From contig JBIKWV010000001.1 of assembly GCA_044356135.1 (NCBI GenBank), forward strand, positions 1-25,987: DNA of 25,987 nt, written 5' to 3'. The DNA is from Elainellaceae cyanobacterium (GTDB lineage Bacteria; Cyanobacteriota; Cyanobacteriia; Elainellales; Elainellaceae). The translations under genes and the position numbers were made by a program. Numbering within the stretch: the first letter of the stretch is position 1; every line of letters starts with the position of its first letter. This document shows positions 8,361 to 15,989 of this stretch, one piece after another. Below the pieces are notes generated by a model. That model saw nothing but the letters and a program-made list of their open reading frames with translations. It did no database searches and had not been told where the DNA came from.

Positions 8361-9017
8361 ATGAACTATGTCAAATCCAAACAACGTGTTGCCGACCACG
8401 GGGAGGTGTTCACTCCAGCGTGGATGGTTGAGGCGATGCTCGACCTGGTGAAGGATGAGACGGAGCGCATTGACTCCCGCTTCTTAGAACCTGCTTGCGG
8501 CAGCGGCAATTTCCTGGTGCAGATTGTGCGGCGCAAGCTGGCGGCAGTGGAGCTGAAGTATGGCAGATCGGACTTTGAGCGGCGGCACTATGGGCTGCTG
8601 GGGCTAATGTGTATCTATGGAATCGAGCTGTTAGCGGACAATATTGCCGAATGCCGCGCTAATGTGCTGGAGATTTTCGCTGAATACCTGAATCTGGATG
8701 AATCGGATGATCTCTATCGGGCGGCGTCCTACGTGCTGTCTCAGAATCTCGTACACGGCGATGCTTTGGCAATGCGCACCCACGACAGCCAGTTGATAAT
8801 CTTTTCCGAGTGGGGCTATTTAGGCAAGGGCAAGTTCCAGCGGCGCGATTTCCGTTTGGATACGCTCACGCTGTCTTCGACGTTTAGCGTGGAGAACCCA
8901 CTTTTTGCACACCTGGGCAAGCATGAGATTTTTACCCCGACGAAGACCTACCCGCCGCTGACGGTGCGGGAACTCGCTGCTGCCGATCTGGGCGATCTGC
9001 GGGAGGCCACCCGATGA
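8361..9017 (+). CDS. SAM-binding RM-associated methyltransferase-like subunit lacking a catalytic NPPY motif
   Basis: KSKQRVADHGEVFTP (motif X), FLEPACGSGNF (motif I), IYGIEL, NLVHGDAL; no (D/N)PP(Y/F) found; start at MNYVKSK assumed. Confidence 0.8.
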   Translation: MNYVKSKQRVADHGEVFTPAWMVEAMLDLVKDETERIDSRFLEPACGSGNFLVQIVRRKLAAVELKYGRSDFERRHYGLLGLMCIYGIELLADNIAECRANVLEIFAEYLNLDESDDLYRAASYVLSQNLVHGDALAMRTHDSQLIIFSEWGYLGKGKFQRRDFRLDTLTLSSTFSVENPLFAHLGKHEIFTPTKTYPPLTVRELAAADLGDLREATR

Positions 9018-10594
9018 GCACTCAAGCTGGTTTTGCCCTGCATGGACGTAACCCGGATGTGTTGACCTGCATTGCGAACTTATCGAACGACGAGGTGTTT
9101 ACACCACCAGAGTTTGCCAACCGGATGTTGGATACAGTGGCGGAGGCGTGGGCGGCGGATCATGACGGGGCTAATCTCTGGGCAGACAAGACGGTGCGGT
9201 TCCTCGACCCCTGCACAAAATCAGGGGTTTTCCTACGCGAAATCACTCGCCGCCTCACCAAGGGTTTAGAGGCGGAGATCCCAGACATTCAGGAGCGCGT
9301 GAACCACATTGTCACCAAGCAGGTGTTCGGCATCGGTATCACTCACCTTACCAGTCTGTTGGCGCGACGGAGTGTGTATTGCTCAAAGCACGCCAACGGG
9401 GAGCATTCCATTGCCAAGTCCTTTTCGAGTGATGAGGGCAATATTTGGTTCGCTCGTACCGAGCATACGTGGGTTAAAACCAAGTGCAAGTTCTGCGGTG
9501 CACCAAAAGCAATCTTGGATCGTGGCGAAGGGCTTGAAACTCATGCCTACGCATTTGTTCACACCGACGATATCAAAAATTGGCTAGCCGAGATATTTGG
9601 AGGCAATATGCAATTCGACGTAATCATTGGGAATCCCCCATATCAGATGAAGGGAGGGGCAGGTGGTTCAAGCGACTCATCTATTTATCACTTATTTGTG
9701 GAGCAGGCGAGGCAATTGGAACCACGATACCTCAGCATGGTTATCCCTTCGCGTTGGATAGCAGGTGGGCGCGGCATGGACGAATTCCGCAGGACCATGC
9801 TTAATGACCGTCACATCAGCCATTTTGTTGACTACACGAAGATGTCAACAGCCTTTCCTGGCGTAGATTTTGAGGGTGGGGTTGGCTATTTCCTCTGGAA
9901 CCGGGAGTACAAAGGTGATGCACAATACACCCTATTCCAAGGGGAGGAGCGCCGCCCGACAATTACAAGAAATCTTGGCGCGCAAGACATTTTCATTCGA
10001 GACCATCGCGCCCTGAGTATTCTCGAACGGGTTCAGTCTCTTCGCGAACCGACAATGGACGCGGTGATCAGCGGGGATACTCCGTTTGGGTTAGCAACGA
10101 ATTTCTCCGATTATAAAGACGAGCCTTTTCAGGGATCAGTTGCCCTTTACCTCACAGATCGAGGACGGCGCATAGTAGCGCACACCGCTCGATCTGGAAT
10201 CAAGAAGAACGCGCATCTTATCGATTCATGGAAGGTGCTTCTCCCAGAGGCTTACGGTGAGCGGGGCGCAATTCCTGCACTGGTTCTTGGGCCTTCAATC
10301 GTGGCTTCGCCTGCTTCAGTTTGTACGCAGACGTATCTGGTCGCAGGACCACTTGCAGATGAAAAGCAAGCGAATAGTCTCCTGTGTTATACCAAGACCC
10401 GGTTCTTCCGTTTCCTTGTTTCGCTTCGCAAGATCACTCAACATGCACTGCGGTCAACATATTCATGGGTTCCCCAACAGACCTGGGATTACGACTGGAC
10501 TGACGAGATGCTTTACAAGAAATACGACATCACGAAGGACGAGATCGCATTTATCAACAGTATGATCCGACCAATGGGCGAGGGAGATGACTAA
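9014..10594 (+). CDS. Eco57I-like N6-adenine DNA methyltransferase with C-terminal specificity region
   Basis: DEVFTPP, FLDPCTKSGVF, FDVIIGNPPY, LSMVIPSRW; ATGA overlap with the previous gene. Confidence 0.9.
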   Translation: MSTQAGFALHGRNPDVLTCIANLSNDEVFTPPEFANRMLDTVAEAWAADHDGANLWADKTVRFLDPCTKSGVFLREITRRLTKGLEAEIPDIQERVNHIVTKQVFGIGITHLTSLLARRSVYCSKHANGEHSIAKSFSSDEGNIWFARTEHTWVKTKCKFCGAPKAILDRGEGLETHAYAFVHTDDIKNWLAEIFGGNMQFDVIIGNPPYQMKGGAGGSSDSSIYHLFVEQARQLEPRYLSMVIPSRWIAGGRGMDEFRRTMLNDRHISHFVDYTKMSTAFPGVDFEGGVGYFLWNREYKGDAQYTLFQGEERRPTITRNLGAQDIFIRDHRALSILERVQSLREPTMDAVISGDTPFGLATNFSDYKDEPFQGSVALYLTDRGRRIVAHTARSGIKKNAHLIDSWKVLLPEAYGERGAIPALVLGPSIVASPASVCTQTYLVAGPLADEKQANSLLCYTKTRFFRFLVSLRKITQHALRSTYSWVPQQTWDYDWTDEMLYKKYDITKDEIAFINSMIRPMGEGDD

Positions 10595-13124
10595 GACCAT
10601 CGACGAAATCCTCGCGTCTAAGCCGGAAGTGCGGCTGCGGGTTTATGCCTACTCGATTGATGACAAGGTGCACCAGGGACTCCTTAAGGTAGGGCAGACC
10701 ACCCGTGATGTGAAACAGCGCGTTGCCGAACAGCTCAAGACCGCTGCCATCAAGAACTTCAGGATCGAACTGGATGAACCTGCCGAACGCGATGACGGCA
10801 GCATCTTTACCGATCGCGAGGTGCGGGCAGCACTGGTCGCAAAAGGATTCGAGAACGTTGAACTGGAGTGGATGCGCTGCACTGTCGCAGACGTAAGAAC
10901 GGTACTGACGGAACTGCGCACGGGTCAGCGGTTCACAGGCACGCACCACGAGACTTTCCCGATGCGCCGCGAACAGGCCGAGGCCGTGGACAAGACCCAC
11001 GCCTACTTCCATTCCATCTGGAAGGAGGACATGCACGCCGTTCCCCGCTTCCTCTGGAACGCGAAGATGCGCTTTGGCAAAACTTTCACCACTTACCAGC
11101 TTGCCAAAAAGTTGGGTGCCAAGCGTGTGCTGGTGGTCACCTTCAAGCCATCTGTCGAGGATGCGTGGAAAACCGACCTCGAGTCACATGTGGACTTTGA
11201 TGGGTGGCAGTACCTCTCGAAATCTTCCGGGCGCGACCCGACACAGATTGATCGCAGTAAGCCTGTTGCCTATTTCGGCTCGTTCCAGGATCTCCTTGGT
11301 CGTGATGCCTTAGGTAACATCAAGCCAAAGAACGAATGGCTTCACAAGGAATCCTGGGATCTCGTCGTTTTTGACGAATACCACTTCGGTGCATGGCGGG
11401 AGTCAGCGAAGGAGCTGTTTGAGGGCGAGGAAGAGGCGATCTCTCGGATGGAGGCTCAGCTCGACGATGCCAAGCGATTGAAGGAAAGAATCGCCGATTT
11501 GCAGGAGCCTTTAGAGACGGAAACCGAGTTCCTCCCCATCACCACAAAGGCATACCTGTACCTCTCCGGCACACCGTTCAGGGCATTGTCTACGGGCGAG
11601 TTTATTGAGGAGCAGATCTTCAACTGGACGTATACCGACGAGCAGCGTGCAAAGGAGGAGTTCGCGGCGGACAACCCTGGCGCAAGGAACCCCTACGGTG
11701 CGCTGCCACAGATGCGGTTGCTGACCTACCAGATGCCGGACGAGCTGCTGGCGATCGCCAGCGCCGGGGAGTTCGATGAGTTCGATCTCAATGCCTTCTT
11801 CGAGGCATCCGGTACGGGCGCGACGGCGCGGTTCAAGCACAAGGACGACGTGCAGAAGTGGCTGGACATCATTCGCGGTGGGTACGCTCCTCGGTCGGTC
11901 GAACACCTGAAGACGGGCACGCGGCCACCCTTCCCCTATTCGGATGTCCGCCTGCTGCCCTACCTACAGCACTCGTTCTGGTTTCTGCCCAACGTTGCGG
12001 CCTGTCACGCAATGGCGAACTTGCTGGCCGAGAGGCAAAACACCTTCTGGCACGCCTACAAGGTCATTCTCGCCGCTGGCACCTCCGCAGGTATTGGGCT
12101 GGAGGCATTGCCGCCCGTGCGAAAGGCGATCGGGAGCGGATTCGACACCCAGACGATCACCCTGTCCTGCGGCAAGCTCACCACTGGCGTGACTGTGCCC
12201 CAGTGGTCTTCCATCCTCATGCTGCGCAACCTTAAGTCCCCGGAGACCTATTTCCAGGCCGCATTCCGCGTACAGTCGCCGTGGTCAATCAAGAACCCCA
12301 ATGGCGACAACCCCAACCAGGAGGAAATCCTCAAACCCGTCTGCTTCGTGTTTGACTTTGCTCCCACCCGCGCACTGCGGCAGCTCTCGGAGTATGGAAT
12401 TGGCCTATCGCCCAATGAGCCGAACCCGGAAAGTGCGGTCAAGGATCTCGTGTCGTTCTTGCCCGTACTGGCCTACGACGGCGCGAACATGACACAGATT
12501 GATGCGGGCGGCATTCTCGATATTGCAATGGCGGGTACCTCTGCCACGTTGCTGGCGCGCAAATGGGAAAGTGCGCTGCTCGTGAATGTGGACAACGAAA
12601 CCCTGCGTCGTATTCTGGATAACCCCGATGCAATGGCAGCTGTAGAGCGCATTGAAGGTTGGCGTGCGCTTGGTGACAACATTATCGAGACGATCATTAA
12701 TAAGAGCGAGAAGGTAAAGGGACTCAAGAGCAAAGCCAAGGAAAAGGGGCTAACGGCCAAAGAGAAGAAGGAACTCAGCGACGAGGAAAGGGAATACAAG
12801 TCCAAGCGCAAACAGATTCAGGAAAAACTGATTAAGTTTGCCACACGCATCCCGGCATTCATGTACCTGACTGACTTCCGGGAGAACACGCTTCAGGATG
12901 TGATTACCAAGCTCGAACCGGATTTGTTCCTGGCTGTCACCGGCCTTACGGTCAAAGACTTCCATCTGCTCGTGCAGCTCAAAGTATTCAACACCGAGCA
13001 AATGAACCATGCCGTCTTTGCATTTCGGCGGTATGAAGACGCATCTCTCCGCTACACCGGCATAGAGAGCCATCCGGGACTGACCCATTATGGACTCTAT
13101 GACACTGTAGTGGCGAAGGAGTAA
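10587..13124 (+). CDS. T5orf172/GIY-YIG-like nuclease fused to an SF2 (ResIII-like) helicase; putative restriction subunit
   Basis: N-terminal VYAY...LLKVGQTTRDVKQRV...EWM; MRREQAEAV; NAKMRFGKT (Walker A); VVFDEYH; LYLSGTPF; YFQAAFRVQSP. Confidence 0.88.
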   Translation: MTKTIDEILASKPEVRLRVYAYSIDDKVHQGLLKVGQTTRDVKQRVAEQLKTAAIKNFRIELDEPAERDDGSIFTDREVRAALVAKGFENVELEWMRCTVADVRTVLTELRTGQRFTGTHHETFPMRREQAEAVDKTHAYFHSIWKEDMHAVPRFLWNAKMRFGKTFTTYQLAKKLGAKRVLVVTFKPSVEDAWKTDLESHVDFDGWQYLSKSSGRDPTQIDRSKPVAYFGSFQDLLGRDALGNIKPKNEWLHKESWDLVVFDEYHFGAWRESAKELFEGEEEAISRMEAQLDDAKRLKERIADLQEPLETETEFLPITTKAYLYLSGTPFRALSTGEFIEEQIFNWTYTDEQRAKEEFAADNPGARNPYGALPQMRLLTYQMPDELLAIASAGEFDEFDLNAFFEASGTGATARFKHKDDVQKWLDIIRGGYAPRSVEHLKTGTRPPFPYSDVRLLPYLQHSFWFLPNVAACHAMANLLAERQNTFWHAYKVILAAGTSAGIGLEALPPVRKAIGSGFDTQTITLSCGKLTTGVTVPQWSSILMLRNLKSPETYFQAAFRVQSPWSIKNPNGDNPNQEEILKPVCFVFDFAPTRALRQLSEYGIGLSPNEPNPESAVKDLVSFLPVLAYDGANMTQIDAGGILDIAMAGTSATLLARKWESALLVNVDNETLRRILDNPDAMAAVERIEGWRALGDNIIETIINKSEKVKGLKSKAKEKGLTAKEKKELSDEEREYKSKRKQIQEKLIKFATRIPAFMYLTDFRENTLQDVITKLEPDLFLAVTGLTVKDFHLLVQLKVFNTEQMNHAVFAFRRYEDASLRYTGIESHPGLTHYGLYDTVVAKE

Positions 13125-13474
13125 AGAGAGGTGTTTGTTTGTGGACGCATGATTAGACCACGCCAATGTCTGAGTTTCAATGGAGAAGACGTAGGTAAAA
13201 CTGTATTCCCTGCCGTTAGTTGCTGCGATGACCTACCTTAATCGGAATGATGTGGTTGACTTGATCGGCGGTGCTCATTCTATCGGCATCCCCAATGTCG
13301 AATACGATTTATATATTCCCGGCGTGGGACTTGTGGAAGTATAAACTCATCTTGAATGTGGGTGATGAGCCTGCACAGCGATCGCCTCTCTCCCCTACTC
13401 CTCTCCTCTTCTCCTGCTCCTCCCCTGGCTGGTGGCTGGGGAGATGTCTGATGCTGGTGGTGGGCAGCAAAAAA

Positions 13475-13570
13475 GGATCATTAATGATCCAATGATCCAC
13501 CTATGGATCATTCCCTCAAGCACTTGTCTTGGGGGAATTCCGGGCTTTTTATTTGGCTTTTTAATGATCC
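13475..13570. repeat. Cluster of five AATGATCC/GGATCATT octamers
   Basis: GGATCATT at 13475 and 13505; AATGATCC at 13483, 13491 and 13563. Confidence 0.8.
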
Positions 13571-13684
13571 CTTTTGCCTTTTTTTACCTGTTTTTGAGAG
13601 GGCTTCTCTCCCCTCCCTCATCTTGGTCACCCGCTTCGATTCTTGCGTAATAAGTTCATGCGCTACACAAGATCTTTTTGCCGT

Positions 13685-13903
13685 TCAGTCGCTGAACAAC
13701 CGAAATCGGCGCTTTAGATTCTCAAGCTCTCTCTCCACCCTGGACAAGCGATCGCCCACGGTGGGAGCCTCTTCTCTGAGGTAGAGCGCTATCGCTTCCC
13801 GTGTCAGGTCAGAGGTGGTCAGTCCGGTTTCCCCTGCCAACTTCTGAAGCTTTTTCAGCAGGGTTGGATCGAGTCGGCACGAAAGATTAGATTTCCTGCT
13901 CAT
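13685..13903 (-). CDS. CopG-like ribbon-helix-helix protein with C-terminal coiled coil
   Basis: MSRKSNLSCRLDPTLLKKLQKLAGETGLTTSDLTREAIALYL fits the RHH pattern. Confidence 0.85.
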   Translation of the reverse strand: MSRKSNLSCRLDPTLLKKLQKLAGETGLTTSDLTREAIALYLREEAPTVGDRLSRVERELENLKRRFRLFSD

Positions 13904-14132
13904 TGTCTTGTGTAGTTTGCGCTGCTTACACAAGCGTAGCCTGGATGTCAATGATTTTTAGAAGCCTCCCCGCTTACAGCGCATACCACGTAAGTCAAAC
14001 TTATCAATCGGGTGCAATCAACGGTAGAACAAGGGTTTGGTGCGATCGTGATTGATAAGCAAATCTAAATTTCCCTTCTTGCTGGGGCTTCTCCCTACTT
14101 GGGATACGGAATTTCAAGGTTTTGATGCCTCG

Positions 14133-14159
14133 ACTTGACAAAATCCAGTTTCGTCAAGT
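14133..14159. promoter_or_regulatory. Candidate recombinase crossover/operator site
   Basis: ACTTGACAAAA-TCCAG-TTTCGTCAAGT, 10/11 inverted arms, 40 nt upstream of the recombinase; contains a TTGACA -35 hexamer. Confidence 0.5.
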
Positions 14160-14199
14160 TACCATCGGGGGAAGTTGAGTAGTTTTCACTGGTGGGAGT

Positions 14200-14790
14200 A
14201 TGGCCGTCAATTTCGACATCGACCTGGGAGATCTAGAGGACTCAAAAAAGGTCGGGGGTCATGGTCAGGCAAAAATCCTTACCGACGATGAACTCTCCCA
14301 GTTGTTTGAAGAGGGTTTTCAGCGGCGGCGCGATCGCGCTCTGTTTGCAATCTGCTTGTTCTGCGGCTGCCGCATTAGTGAGGCGCTGCAACTGCGAGTG
14401 GAAGACTTGGGCGGAGGGGCTGTTACCTTCCCCAAAGCGATTGTGAAAGGCAAGGGAAGCACTCGCCAAGTCCCCATCATTCCATCGCTGCAAGTCTTCC
14501 TGGAGGAGTACAGGGAGGGAGGGGAGGGGGATGTAATGCCGGAGCAAGGCTATCTCTTCCCAGGTCGTCGGGGCACGAAAGCAGGCCACCTTACTCGCGC
14601 AAATGCAGATTTGATATTGCAGGCGGCGTGCGATCGCATTGGATTAGAAGGGGTGAGCACCCACAGCTTCCGGCGCACCTACATTACCAAATTGAGAGCA
14701 AAGGGCTATTCTCCAGTGCAAATTCAACGGAGAACTGGACATCGGCGGCTTGAGAGTTTGCTACCTTACTTCGATCAAATAAAGCCGTAA
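14200..14790 (+). CDS. Tyrosine recombinase (catalytic-domain-only, plasmid resolvase type)
   Basis: RDRALFAICLFCGCRISE (Arg I), THSFRRT (HxxR), TGHRRLESLLPY (His/Tyr). Confidence 0.93.
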   Translation: MAVNFDIDLGDLEDSKKVGGHGQAKILTDDELSQLFEEGFQRRRDRALFAICLFCGCRISEALQLRVEDLGGGAVTFPKAIVKGKGSTRQVPIIPSLQVFLEEYREGGEGDVMPEQGYLFPGRRGTKAGHLTRANADLILQAACDRIGLEGVSTHSFRRTYITKLRAKGYSPVQIQRRTGHRRLESLLPYFDQIKP

Positions 14791-15096
14791 TTGTGTGCCC
14801 CCGGTGATCGCATCCCTATCAAGGAACCGGTTCCTCGATAGCACTAACCCTGTCACTCGCGGCATTGTGCGGTCGGCGATCGCCCTGACCAGATATTTGC
14901 TCGTTTACCCTCAACTTCACTCAGCGCAAACGAGCAAAAGGGGATGGGAACGTTTGCAACAGAGGAGTTGCATACCGTCTGCATGATCCTTCGTGACAGG
15001 TTAGTGCTGGAGGGTAACTCCTCCTTCTGCATCAGCCACTGCTTAAGCAAGGGTTAAGGTCGAGATGCGGGAGTCAAAATATGAAAGGGCAAAGAT

Positions 15097-15231
15097 ATGT
15101 CCAATAAAAAAACGAGCAAGCGAGTGGCTAGCATAGCCTCGAAGCAGCTACGGAGCCGCAAGACCAGCAAGGATAGTAAGTCTGTTGCTGGGTCTGCACT
15201 CTCGCAGCGCGCTCCTAAGAAGAAGAAGTAA
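15097..15231 (+). CDS. 44-aa Lys/Ser-rich basic microprotein (below the ORF-track cutoff)
   Basis: MSNKKTSKRVASIASKQLRSRKTSKDSKSVAGSALSQRAPKKKK*; purine-rich RBS upstream; followed by a strong palindrome. Confidence 0.7.
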   Translation: MSNKKTSKRVASIASKQLRSRKTSKDSKSVAGSALSQRAPKKKK

Positions 15232-15251
15232 AAGGTAGATCGAACATAGGG

Positions 15252-15277
15252 GGAAAGCGGAACCGGTTCCGCTTTCC
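15252..15277. terminator. 26-bp perfect palindrome, probably a bidirectional terminator
   Basis: GGAAAGCGGAACCGGTTCCGCTTTCC between the convergent microprotein and GIY-YIG genes. Confidence 0.65.
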
Positions 15278-15341
15278 TTCTTCCATGCCAGAGTCTTGCA
15301 TTTGGCCAGCGATCGTCTCCAGTCGGATTTGCCTCTAATGT

Positions 15342-15989
15342 TCAGCGACTGAACGGCGCGGGTGGCTCCTTTCCTCTGCAAATTCTTGTGTAACTTCTTG
15401 TGGAATTGGCGGGATAGTTACACAAGAATTTTGCGTTGGCTTGGGGTTCTGATGTTGGGCGCGGCTCTTGAGCCTGGGGGCTTGATTGGTCAATATAGCG
15501 ACTGGCTCGCAGGTCTAAAATCGATGAAGATTGAGGCTGATTTGCCCTGGGGATTCCCAGAGAGAAGCCTGGGTAAAGAGTTCTGAGCAACGCATAAAGG
15601 CATCCCCCGATTACGATCGCACCCACGAGTTGCCCCCAGAATGATGGAGTATCAACTCCCCGCTCAAAGTCATAGCGGTAGGTGCCGCGCCGATTCTGGT
15701 TGGTCTTGGGTTTCGGGCGCTGTTCATTGTAGTCGCCCAGTTCCTGAATCCAATAGGCTTCGGCCTCATCCAATTCATGCTGCGGGCACTCCTCAATCAC
15801 TTCCAGTGCAAAGGAGTTTATGCCATACTTCCTCCAGTCGCGTTGGAGGCCGTCGCAGCAGTGCCTTCCGCGTTCGAGATCACGAATATGCTGGTCCCAT
15901 CGAACACGAACGTCTTTGGCCTGCCCGATGTAGCACTGGCCATTCTTCAGACAAGTGATTTTGTAAATGCCACAAGTCATGTCTACCAC
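15342..15989 (-). CDS. GIY-YIG endonuclease with a C-terminal transmembrane segment
   Basis: GIYKITCLKNGQCYIGQA..RW..H...F.LEVIEEC...AEAYWIQEL; hydrophobic FWGQLVGAIVIGGCLYALL; overlaps the ATPase stop. Confidence 0.85.
   Translation of the reverse strand: MVDMTCGIYKITCLKNGQCYIGQAKDVRVRWDQHIRDLERGRHCCDGLQRDWRKYGINSFALEVIEECPQHELDEAEAYWIQELGDYNEQRPKPKTNQNRRGTYRYDFERGVDTPSFWGQLVGAIVIGGCLYALLRTLYPGFSLGIPRANQPQSSSILDLRASRYIDQSSPQAQEPRPTSEPQANAKFLCNYPANSTRSYTRICRGKEPPAPFSR

Noticed and set aside
13271-13784. Several short ORFs between the RM cassette and the RHH gene
   Set aside because: Low-complexity translations of repeat and pyrimidine tracts with no coding signal.
14200-14790. Recombinase as a prophage or ICE integrase
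   Set aside because: Only 196 aa with no arm-binding or core-binding N-terminal domains; no att pair, tRNA or phage structural genes.
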